Shown here piece by piece: positions 11,818-24,191 of a stretch of 64,000 nt of DNA (position 1 is its first letter; the number at the start of each line of letters is the position of its first letter). Under the pieces are notes generated by a model. The model searched no databases. It saw only the letters and a program-made list of their open reading frames with translations, and was not told the DNA's origin. The position numbers and the translations under genes are program-made. This DNA comes from Trichinella spiralis (Eukaryota). The stretch is from contig NW_003526941.1 of assembly GCF_000181795.1 (NCBI RefSeq), forward strand, positions 1,205,859 through 1,269,858, written 5' to 3'.

Positions 11818-14800
11818 TTAAACACAGCCGCACGACATTACGGTCATTTTTGGATAGGTTTTCAGAACTACGTTTTGATCTTCATCGAAGTAAAGCAACG
11901 TCAATGAGTCCATTTTGTCCGGAGAACAGCACACTTGCGGTACTTTTGGCTGAAATCCAATCGTGTGTATAATATTTTGAATTATAGCGTGATTTGATGG
12001 ATTGGATTCCTTAAAAAAAGCAACTGAAATAATTTGCAGACAGCAAAGGCTTTATTCAACAAATTACCCAATTCAGCGGAAATTGGCATGATCCGGCGCA
12101 ATAGTGGGCTTCGAACGATTTTGGAGCTATGATTCTTTCTTGCCAACCGATGTCACGAAAATCGACAATTAAATTATGCTTTTGACATCGCTGCTGTTGT
12201 GCTTCCTTGAGCAGTATAACTGTTGGATCGTTGTCTGCATTATATAATGTAGATTTTATTTGTTTATCAGATTGGGTCGAGCGATTGTGAGGCCTCTTTT
12301 TGCTGTTCATTCTTGTTCGACGATTTGCCCAGCCGCGGTTCATCTCCATTCGACCGGGTCGATCGCGACGTCGACCACCTCGCATCGGTAGCAGCACTTC
12401 TGGCCCTTTTTGCTGAAACGCACGAAACTGATCAGCCAGCTTTTCCAAGCTTTGCTCTGACCGGCCGTTGGCTACTGAATATGCAAAGTAATTGTCTGCT
12501 TCAGGGACATGGCGCCGTGTACGTTTACGCGTTTGATCACTTTCCACGAAGTTCTCTCGCAACACTGTCGACATCATTTCATTTGGATTCACCAGACGAC
12601 TTTCATCAGAGAAGACGAGCAAAAATGGAGTGTGATGACGTAAGATTCGCTCAGCTGCATAATATTTGGCCGTCTTGGGAATTAGCAAGGAATCACCGAC
12701 AAAGGCAATTGCTAACTGAGTGCCGGTATTGGTGCCATTCCATGGCCTACGATTATCAGCTGAAGCACGCTGATGGACGGCGTTGATGATCGCATTACGC
12801 AAATCGTACGTAATCCATTGACCGGAAGGATCCCGGTGGATTTGTCGAATTACAGTACGTTCACCAGAAGTGGACAGCAGTAAACAGATTGGCGCTGACC
12901 GACCACGTTGCTTACGCTGCCCAGCATTGAAATGAAGTTCAGCTTTAATGATCACTTCACCACTTTGCACCGTATTCAAATTAAATATTAAAACTTTGTC
13001 GCCATTTAAAGTACCTAAAAGGTAAAGAAAAAAAACTTTCATTTTCAACATACATATACTTGAAATTACAGAGTGTAGAAATTTTTAATTTTTTAAAATC
13101 ATTTCTCAAACTGATTCAGCATGAAAACTAAACCACTCCGAACTTCATAATACTGTATTTGTTGAAGTTGGTCATTATATAAATATGAAAACAAAGTGCA
13201 AATTCCTTCTTAAACTCATCACACTACAAACCTGACAACATCAGGCAATTTTATTATTCGATAATTGGGCAATTTGAAGTCGAGCCAGGCCAAGGTAAAT
13301 TAGCTTGTCAAACAATGGCACCGGCTGAGCTAAAATCTGCTCGTCAGCCGGCATTCAATCGATGCCCTGAACTTTTGGTGCACAATAAAGCGGTTCATAT
13401 TTCACTTAACAAAATGGAAAAGCGCTGAGCATTTAACGACACTGTCCACTTTACACACCGACAAAATTACCGTGGCAGACGGTAACAGAACAGTTTATAA
13501 TCGACTTAAGCATAATTAAAATCAAATAGAAAAAAGGCAATAAAATAAATTTCTAAGTTTAATGTAAATAAATTTTGCTTTATTTCACATTTTTCTTCCA
13601 CTGACCCTTCAAACAAGAAAATCTCAAGTGACCACATGCTGTGCACAACGGGATTACAATTCATGAACATTGAATGCGTGAACTAAGCTTTGCTTAAAGC
13701 GTGGAATAGTTTAAGCTTTAGCAGAGCGGATACGCCCTGCGTATTGCAACTGACCAATTTTTGTATGCAGAATAAATTATACTGATGGACTGGGACAGAT
13801 GTCTAGTAAAAAATTTATTTGTTCTAATTAAATGAAAAATTACTCTGAAAAGACTGAACAACGGGGAATTTTGCTCTGAATGCTGAAAGATAATGAAAAA
13901 ATTTCAGTTTCACCAATGTGGATTTGTGATTCTTAAAAATTTATAAACAGTCTTTCATCACGACAATAAATCATATAGAATAAACTGCTTAAATTTTAAA
14001 ATATCGATTCAGCGTTTCCCATAAATTATTATCGTAAATTATATAGAAGAATGTTTCCCATAAAAATTTTTCTCACTTCATATTCCAGTAACTAACTGTT
14101 CCCCAAATTCACATGCTAAATTGTTGTCATCTTCCTTTAACTATTGCTTAAATGACTGTCAAAAATTAATGAGCATGAACTATCTCTAAATTGTGCAGAT
14201 TCAGTAGCAAAGTTCAAAGTGCATTGATTTATTCACCGTGTTAAAACTTTTAATACACTGTAAACCATTTCAGTTTTTCTTCCTTTTATTTCATTAAATT
14301 TTAATAAAAGTTAAGATACTTCATTCTATTGATGACGTGTATAAAAATTACAACTCCGTTACGCATAAGAAGAATCGGCATTCATTTATTATTCCCTACT
14401 TCATTCAAATTGCCTGATCAATTATGTGTTTGTTATCCCAGAATAATGAAATTTCAATAACAGAATAAGAGATGATATGAAATTGCCGTACTACGAAAAG
14501 TCAATTTACAACTCGATGACTAACTCTGTTTAAAGTTTTGAACTAGCGGTTGCATAACTGCAAAAGTGGTTCTTCTCTACAAACTCTTGTTGAGCCTGAA
14601 CGCAAATACAAATACCATAGAGATAAAGACCTGCAAGTTAAACATCTGCTAGTTTGCATGCAAGTATACTCAAAGATCACTTGATAATCATGCCAGGTGA
14701 ATGTAGTTCTCTCGACCTTCTTTGCCAGAAACGAAAGCAATCAATTTATGCTAACGTAGCAGAATTTATACAAATGTCTAAGAAATGCAAAATCCCCCGC

Positions 14801-16373
14801 TGGCCTACTCTTGCATGCAGTTTTAATTAACACCAGAAATTTAATCCATTAAATATGGCCATTTCACCTGTTATATATAAAATTCTGGCAACTGAAATTT
14901 CTTACGAAATACAGCAGTGTAATGTATTTTACTTTTAGAAAAAGAAATTTTAAAAAACAAGTGTAGATGTGCATGAATTATAATGTTTGAAGTTAGAATC
15001 ATTAAATTAACAAAATTTTCAATTTGAAACAATGGAAACTCTGAAGCATCTCATCATTTGTCATTTAGATTAAATTTTTAAATTTATGAGAGAATTTTCA
15101 AAACATCTTATAAATAACAAAAGGCTTTCGTTTTTAATAACGCACAACTTATTAAAAACTTCTTACTAAGAACAAAACAGAAACAATTCACAAATTTTTC
15201 GAAGAGGACTTTTGTAATTATATATTAAATAAGTTTTTAATGTTCAAATTCTCAAGCAGTAGCTCTATTTTCTTGCCAGTTTTTTCTTCTCTTCTTACTA
15301 TTTTTACATTTATCTAATCTTAAAATATTCAAATCGTCAATGTAGCTAAATTGTTGTATCATGGCACCTTTGAAAAAGTTCAGAATTGCTATTTCCACAG
15401 TAGTTTTTCGAAATTATTCAACATTATGAAAGAAATGTCGATGTACAACATTATACTTAATGCAAATTGTTACATAAACTCTCTTTAAGCGTCAGTATGT
15501 TTACTAATGGTTTCAGTTTAAAAACAAAATGAATTGATGATTGGATGATATTTTCTAAACTCGGATCAAAATTGACCAAAAGGTATAATAACTGTACACT
15601 TGGGTAAGCAACTTTATAAAATAAAAATCTGCATATTAATATGATGCTAACAATGAAAATATAAATAGGAATTTATCCACTGAGGTGATGATAACTAGCC
15701 GCCTTTTGTTTTCATGAAGAAATATAATGCCAATAAGTTGTGAAGCGTGAATTGAATTCAGTTACAACTAACTGCATTGGATAGCCATCATTAGCTGGAA
15801 AAAGCGAAAAAGGTAAAAGGCGGTCTGGGTCGAAGGCCGCATGATTGACATGCAAACAGCAACGGGTCATCATTAATGGAACAACCTGGGCATCTGAATG
15901 GCGCCGTACTCAGATTTAATGGCCGTCTGGTTAACAATTAGCGTGAAAACATGTGGTCTGTTGGGCTGAATGTATCGCATAACAGATAGTCGATGGTAAT
16001 CAAGAAGGGTCAGAAATGAATTAAGAAATTAAAAACACGAACAACACCGCTTACCTATAACTGGAGTGATGCTTCTCACCACATTTCCGGTGACTTTACT
16101 CTTTGCAGCGTTCATGCGATATTGTTCGAAAAGATCTTTCATGTATTTTGAGGCGATCAGCTTCGAACGAGACGCACGCATTTTCAAACTGTCCGTGTTG
16201 TTCGCATCAGAATGAAAATTTAACAAAGCTTTGAATGTATTGTGCAAAACTTTCTTCTGTAAATGATTTGGCTTCTGCTGCCTGCTATTTCCGTATTCTT
16301 CGGCGCAGGAAATCACCGCATATAGTAAAGATATCCAGATCGCTATTGTGACAGGCTGCCTCCAGTGCGACAT
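11818..16373 (-). CDS. TGF-beta superfamily ligand, BMP3/GDF10-like (candidate unc-129 relative); exons 16373-16055, 13014-12068, 12009-11818
   Basis: Signal peptide, propeptide ([26 protein letters not shown]), furin site RKRTRR and 7-Cys mature domain [15 protein letters not shown]...[17 protein letters not shown]...PSNHAIIQ...[37 protein letters not shown]. The PKSF, CQFP, PSNHA, P.KM.SL, FDE..NVVLK.YP.MTV motifs match BMP3/GDF10 as recalled. Confidence 0.93.
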
Positions 16374-18879
16374 GTCGCTCCTTTGTAACCACCTTTTTAC
16401 ATTCCAAAATGAAAATTCAGGCAAAAAATAAACAACAATGAAACGTCAAAGCGTACGCCACGCTGCAGTTATTGCAAATACTTAGCCAACTATGCAACAA
16501 CGGCCTCTAGGCTAAGCTACAGTAGGCAGTCGACTAGTGATTGGTCGGCCCGCAACGTGCCTAGCAACCTGACTGCCCACGCGCCCGTAGACAGCAAGCA
16601 TAAATCACATGCTATAGCAGAATAACAAATTAAAAACAACCTGATTTAAAATTTATCATCAACTTCCAGTAAATTTTTGATCAGCTCAAAAATCTATAAT
16701 AGTATACGTCACTCTTCTCAGTGTTGTACTTTTTAACTGATTCATTGAAATATTTCAATCTGAAACAAAATCGAATCCAAAAACTGAAATGACTAATAAC
16801 GATATTCGTAAAAATAAAAATAAAACTAAGCAGTTCATTTTTGAGTAAGCATAGCAGAAGGTAGATATAAGGAAAAATTAAAAATCAAAAACCGGCACGC
16901 TCTGATTAAAATGTCCTTGAAAATATTGGCATCGTTTGCTTTTAAAAAATGAAAATAATATCTTTCAAAAAAGCACTTTACGTAAGTGATTTATTTCAGT
17001 TTAGTAAAATTTACTTTATTTTCAAGCAATAAGCCGCTTTATTGTTTGATTGGAAAATTAATTTTGATTGATTGTTGCTGATAATACTTTTCCTTAAACA
17101 AACTAGCCAGTTCAAAAAAGAATAGCAAGCAAGAACTTTTAAAAACAATTCTAGATGCTAACATTCACATATGCTGTTGACATATGTTAACAACAACATG
17201 ACAGTGCATATTGCTGCTTTTTCAGGATAGTTATGGTTTGATAATATTAAACAGCAACTAATAGACGAAACACTGATAATTCACAAATGCAACGGAAACA
17301 TTCATAAAAATGGGAAAAAAATTAATTTCGAAATTCCTCAATTTTTCACCTCCTCCTCTTAAGCGAAATATATACGCTTCGTTGTACTTGTGTAAAAAAG
17401 CAGAAACTGACTGACAACTCTACAGAAAAACAGAATCAGAGACAATGTTTATATTGTTTAAGAAGACTTTTAGAATTTTTAAATGAAAACAATAAAAATA
17501 GCTTGTTATTTTTTCTACAACAGCTAAAATTAATTTTAATGCACAGCTTTAAGGAACAAGAATTGCGATGCTCTATCAACTATCAAGCTTCAAAATAAAA
17601 CAAAGAAAAAGCAATGCAAACTTTATATACGCTTTGATCAATTCTGAAATGTACCGAACAAAAATTCAACCATCAGCTAAAGTGAATATAAATTGGTTAA
17701 ATACGTTATTTATAAAACAGCTTCACTCAGTTGAGGAAAAGTGAAACCCACTCAGTCTTTACTACTACTACTACTTGCATTTTATGACATCGTTGGATCC
17801 ATTGACAATTAATTTATAACGTGGCAATAGCAAATACATTTTACATCTTTGTAATTATAAGTGAAATTTGATCAAAACAAAACGAAACATTTTTACAATA
17901 TCTTGTTTATCTTGTTCATCATCAGATGCATTAAACTGAAAACAACACATACCGTAACTGAAATTGCTTGCCGCACTGCATGATGAAGACGTTTGTCATG
18001 CAAAAAGAAAGAAGAAGAAGAAGAAGAAGATTTGTTTCATATGATGATAAATTTTTACTCCAATACACTGCTAATCAAGTGCATAAAATGTAAAAAGTAA
18101 TGCTTCTGCATCTGTTTCACGGAAATTTGAATTGATCGAAGAGAATTTTTTTCACTACAACTGCACAATTTATAACGTATAACGAACTCATTTGCGTATA
18201 ACAGATCTTTCATCAGTAGCGAGCAGTAGCGTGCAATCTGATAAGCAATTGATAATCTTTGAAATAATGTAACAAATTGAAATGCAATGCAAATTTTTAC
18301 ATACACGCAATTTTGTTTGCACAGATAACAACACAGTTTAACAACAGTGAATTAATTAACAATAGGGTGCCTATTCAACCGGCTAACTATTTCAGCATTT
18401 GCTATCAATTTCAGGAGCAATGCCTCCTCCTAATTCAGCTACTTATCAAACTGCTGAATAAACATTAATTTATTATCAATGTATATAAACTTGAACAAAA
18501 TTGTTATTATGCGGAATTTTTCATAATCGATATCAATTTGTGTGGAAACTTCAAGTTTTGATGCAAATTTGTAACGAAACGAAGCAACCGAATTTATTCG
18601 CAACACACAAACCACTGAAATATTCTTCTATTTTGTTTTCTGAACATTTTTATCAATTATATGCAAAGAAATAATTATTATTTGTTGTTGTTTTTTCAAA
18701 TTACTTCTAAAAAGTAATAAACGTGAAAAGGCTAGCGTGAAAAATTGAATGAATAGATGCGAATCATTTGCACCACCCATAACGTGTCGGAAGCTAAAAT
18801 AACAAATCAACTCATTGACACCTGTGCAACTTATTCATCTGTCGACGCTTTGCTATATGGACAGCCTGACGGATGTTAT

Positions 18880-19022
18880 CTGGCGCCAGGCGTCGTCCGG
18901 CGCCTGACCGCAGTTTGCAAAGAGCCGACGCATTTTCCTAGCGGGGAGTTGTTCGAGGAAGAAATTAATGATCGTCAAGTGACGCATTTTGTTTATGCAG
19001 CTGCTTGCCAACTCGGCGCCAG
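18880..19022. promoter_or_regulatory. Candidate Smad1/5 (BMP-responsive) element cluster upstream of the BMP gene
   Basis: GGCGCC at 18882-18887, 18899-18904 and 19015-19020, plus GGCGTC at 18889-18894, in a non-coding GC-rich island. Confidence 0.35.
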
Positions 19023-20302
19023 TTACCGTACTCCAGCTAATCGTACGAAAGTTAATTTAAGTTCGTTTTCAGTGAAGCACCACAACAGTCCTGTGCCCGA
19101 ACAACACACTGCTGCAAATGAGCAACAACCGCCGCTCTAACCTGGCAGATGAAGTGAAAAATCGACCATGCTCCAACAATCAATCTAGCAGACCCTGCTA
19201 CTCTGCTCGATTAATCGCAGGACCCAGGGTTGCCTTTGTTACGGTCGGTGATTGAACGAGATCACAATATCCGCTTTACAATGTCGACACCTTGTACAAC
19301 AAACAACAATTGAAGCTCACGAAGTGATCAGCAATCGGTGAACCATAACATCATTGGTCAATCGGCGTTCGTTCCACCTGTCCGAATAAAGAAAATGCCT
19401 CATATGCGGTTCAAAGCGGAATTTAATCACGCCAAATTAACCCTAAACTGCACTAAAAAGAACAATAGCATCTCGTATACAAAATGGAAACAATACAAGT
19501 CTTACTTCAGAGAATGATCTGTTTTTTAGAAAAATGAAATCATAAATAAAAATATTAAAAAAGGATGCATTTTTATGGCAAAACAACTTATACTCCAAAA
19601 CAAATTTCATTCAATGCAAATATGTAATTTAATACTGTTTTCTCGGTACAATTTCAGAGTTTTAGAAGTAAAATCTAAAATAGAACTTTTTTCAATGAAA
19701 TTGGTTTTTTTAATTAGCACGTGCTTCATATAAATGAATAAACGTAATTAGCGAACATGTTCCTAACTGATGATGGTTGCTGATTGGTTCTGAACGAAGA
19801 AAACAAATCTTTTATTTGATCGAAATAAATATATCCAACTGAAATTTTTCACTTCAAGCATGACATCCTGCTAACGTGATGCGCAAATAAAATATATCTT
19901 AGAACGCAACTTTATGATGTGAAAAGTATTTAGCCAATATAAAAAACCAAAAAAATCAACAGCCAAAAATACAACAACTCCTGCCGTGCGCATCGATCAG
20001 AGATCATTTCAGTATTAACTGATTGTTCACCACGACGGGATGCTTTAGCAAAACAAACGTACAGCACAGTCAACCAATTAATTCTCCACTCCACTGTGAC
20101 AGACCGTTGTAATGTATGATTGAAATTACTTTTTCCAGGCACAACAGACTTTTGTGACAGAGAGATTTCAGTCTTTTTATAGAAGAAGCTCAGAAGATGT
20201 GCTGAGAATGTATAGGAAAATCATCAACGATAAATATTTAATAAAGCAATGCTTTCTTGAATAACAATGCAAAATAAATTTGCCAACATCGACAACAATG
20301 GA

Positions 20303-22649
20303 TTAGTCGTGTTTCTCCGAATTACAGTTCTGTAAAAAATAAAAAAAATAAAGTTCAAAAAATGAATAATAATAATACAGTTAATTGATCATTTACCTCC
20401 AGTTCACGGCTGTCTTCAAGTTCTTTAAACTTTCCCGTTGCTAAGTTATAAATCAGCATAAGAATGAACTGCAAATAAATATTTTTTAATTGAAAGTGGT
20501 ATATTAATTTTCAAGTTTTAGAAAGTGCACAAAACATACGTGAAACCAATATATGTTGATAAAGAAAAGCAGCCATAACATGAAGTTGAACACAGGAATG
20601 AACGGCAAATCGTCAGGTCCGAGAAATACGCTTCCATAAAATGACGTATAAAGCACCTTCAGAGGAAACCAGTACAATCGAAAAATAAACCTGCAAAATT
20701 AGCTACCAAATTATCAATATCAAGCTTTCCGTATTAACAGATAATCAAATTTGGCACAAAAATTGAAACATACAAAAAATTATAGACTGAAACGCAAAAA
20801 TTAAACGTGAAAAGCTATTTTTGCAATAAAACTAACCAGCTGGCAGTAAATATAACAAACGATGCGTTGGACAAAAATTCACAAAACGAGTAGTGTGTAT
20901 TATCTCGAAACTTTAAATACTTGAATATTTTCGCACATTCAAGGAAAACGTCGCTAACATCGTGGAGGAAGAGTACTAAAATTCCAACTTGGTCATACCT
21001 ACAAAATGGTTTTCTTCATCAAACTTCTCAAAAGTTTAAACGAAATCCAACAGCAGCAACATAAAATCCTACAAATTACCTAGCTGCCCAAGAAAAAGAA
21101 AGCAAGGTGATTGCCAACAAATGGTGAAATACCATAACTTTGGAATCTTTTCTCCATTGTTCCATAAAAATTGTTCCATACGTTGCATGCACGTAAAAAG
21201 CAGTCTGTGTGAGATATACAATGTCAACTTCGTACGGAATCAATCGGTCGCGTGAAAAATCTTAAAACAACAACACTACGTTACAGGTAACATAAATTTT
21301 ATGAACAGTTAATAAAAAAATAAGAATAATAATCAGTAATTATCAAACTCATTTCTCAAAATTGGAATTTTTATAAAGAAATTACTTGGTTTAGAAAGAA
21401 ATAATTAAAAACTGAAAATGTGAAATGTAATATGAAAATGCCAATTATTAAACGTCAGATTTCAATGTTTATTTCACATGTCCCATAATCAACAGTGCAC
21501 AGCAAATTAACCTTTTCTCTTCAAATTGCAAATCAAGCATTATTTTCATTACAATTAAAAAATTGTCGATGTAATTCACTTGTTAAGCTGCATGATCAAT
21601 GTTAAGATAAATAAGATGAATATATTAAAGTTTTTTCAACTATAACATAAGCTACAGTTGTTAAATTTTACAATTTATGCTTTTTTTTAATATTTCTTTT
21701 TCAGTAAAAGATCTTGCTCAAAAGGCACAAGATAAATTTCTTAAATCACTAACCAGCACGCTCACTGATCAGCACACTGAAAATTCTTTTTAAAAAATAA
21801 ATAAATAAATAAATAAATATTATCCAATTTATGATATCATATTATATAATTTAATTTTAAATCAAATTCCATCAGTTGCATTCATACAAGTTACAAATTG
21901 TTTACGTTAAACATTCATATTACTGTAAGCTAATCACTTGCTTATCATTTACTGTAGTATTAAAATTTTTTCGTATTGAATAATATTGATGATAAATTTA
22001 CCGTCCTAATGAAACAGGTTTGAGTATAAAATCGTCAAAAATAAGGATAAATTAAAAAAAAATACAATATTTCGTTATTAAAAATGAAAATATTTACCAC
22101 TCCAAATGGACAACGGATCAGTGAAATATTTCCAACGATCCGTGCGCACCAGTGTCCAACAAGTGTTCAACCAAAGGAACAAATACATCGTCAGATTCCA
22201 CAGTGATTCTGGAAGTTTTCCGCTAATTTCGGCAGTGAGTCTCCAATATTTAGCCAGAGGCTAATTGAAATAAAGATTCAAAATCAATTCAAAAGAAAAG
22301 ATCAAAAAAGAGAGAGATAGAGAGAGAGAGAGATTAAACAACAAACAATGAAATTTGAAAATACTTTAATAGATGTATTTTTTTGAAAAAAAAAGAAAAA
22401 ACTCACTCTGCAAATAAATCTGACAAACATGAACCTGAGTCCGGTGAGCACGACCGCAAGAAAGAGCACATTCCAAACGTTTTGCGGTTGCAAGGAGCAA
22501 GTTTGTTGAAGATCTTTGAAAAAGCTGAACGGAATTGTATAATCGGAAGAAAAATTGGCAACGAATCGTTTGCAATAGGCGACGATGCTTTGATTAGTCA
22601 AGACGATCAACGTGTAATAGTCGAGCGTGGGCTTTCGAACGATCTCCAT
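20303..22649 (-). CDS. CERS1: Ceramide synthase, CERS1/lagr-1 type (TLC domain, no homeodomain), multi-exon
   Basis: Spliced product with KLPESLW, Lag1p motif RKDSKVMVFHHLL...RYDQVGILVLFLHDVSDVFLECAK, FRLYWFPLKVLY, INIYWF, ELEDSRE; last exon NCNSEKHD*. Confidence 0.92.
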
Positions 22650-24191
22650 GAAGCTGCAATTTCAAAGCATCCACACAGCTTGCTTTTTGGAAAGCTTTCA
22701 ACTTTTTCCAACCAACGTCAGAAGAGTTGTCAGTGTTCTAAAACGGAGTTTGCATTTCCAATAATCCAACAACAACAGCAACAACAACTACACCACAACA
22801 TACATATAAATACAACGTAAAATAGTCAGTCTTCTATTATACTGTGCAAACAATAATAATCACCGCCTGACGCTGAAATGCTGCGCTAACCTTTATGCGA
22901 ATTGCTTGCTTGCTGTTGCAGGCGAAAAATCGAAGATGTTTCAGAAGAAGGAAAAGGAAAAAGCGTGACGACGATCGCGCTGAAACAAACGCGCTTTTAT
23001 ACAATCAGTGTGGAGAAATGCTCAGTTTAAAGCAAATGGCATATTACAGTTTGCGCGGGTCAAGGTCGCTTGGCGGGTCGCTTGTTTACAGTAACAGCTT
23101 TGCTTTAAAGTGCTTTTCTAGTTTAAAGCAGCAGCCCAGTGCGATCAGCAGTAGTAGTATACGTGAAAGTGGCGCTCAAGTATGCTATCACGAAATCCTG
23201 ATCATGCGCCGTTGTCGTCTATTGACGATATTGTTAGTAAACTTCTCTCATAAGCTGCAAGGCAACGTGAATGAAGAAGATATACAAATAATAAAGAGAT
23301 AATGAGCGAGTTCACCCACTCGAATTAACCAACCATCTAACAAGCACACTAATTGATGATGAAGTTAAAAACAAACCAATGTGTATTTAATGTTACCATT
23401 CATTTAGCAGGAAAATGCCAAAAAGATCTCAAATCAGAATTTACATTTAATTTATATTTTTTAAATAATAAAAACTATAAAAATAAAAAATGTTTTAACC
23501 GTATTTCTTTCTACCGTTTTATCGATAATATTATAATTATGTGCAACGCAAAAAATGTGTTTGTGAAACAATGAATAAAATAATTCTTAAAATATAGACA
23601 AATTTTGAATAAAAATTTTTCAAAAAAAAATTTTTTTTAACTACATCACCAACAAGAAGGGGTGGAGTGAAAAAGAGAAAACACTGCAAAAACTGTGACA
23701 ACCATGGATTTCAATTGAGCTTGAAAATCCATTTCAGTATATTATGCAATGAAATTCAACTCGGTGGGAAAAGCGATGTTCTGCTTTGAAAAATTTCCAC
23801 TCGCTTGATTTCATTCAGAAGAACCGAGTAAAATTTTACACTGAAAACAAAGTATTAAAATATTACTGCTTCACAAAAGATGCCGATTAAAAGATGAAGC
23901 AGAAAATTGGGGAAAAAAAAGCTATAGCTAGCATGGATCAGCTCGCGTAAAAGCTGAACGCTGAAAGTGAAATACGGATTTTAAAAAAAGTAATATTACA
24001 CAATTTGAAAAATATACACTCGATCAAAAGTATTGAAACAATAATGATGTTCAAATTTAATATGCTCCAAAGATTTGATAATGAATAACGTTTATTGAAT
24101 AAACAAAAATTTTTTTGTAACAAGCAACCCAAGTGTGTTTCACCGTCAAATTAGGTAGATGAATGCAATGGAACTTGCAATAATTTGAAAT

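Noticed and set aside
12313..12786. 157-aa plus-strand ORF
   Set aside because: Antisense shadow of BMP exon 2; no recognisable features.
18757..19140. 127-aa plus-strand ORF in the GC-rich island
   Set aside because: No recognisable domain or supporting exon structure; the island is better explained as regulatory.
22383..23302. 145-aa and 135-aa plus-strand ORFs
   Set aside because: Antisense to CerS exon 1 or within its promoter region; low-complexity, no family signal.
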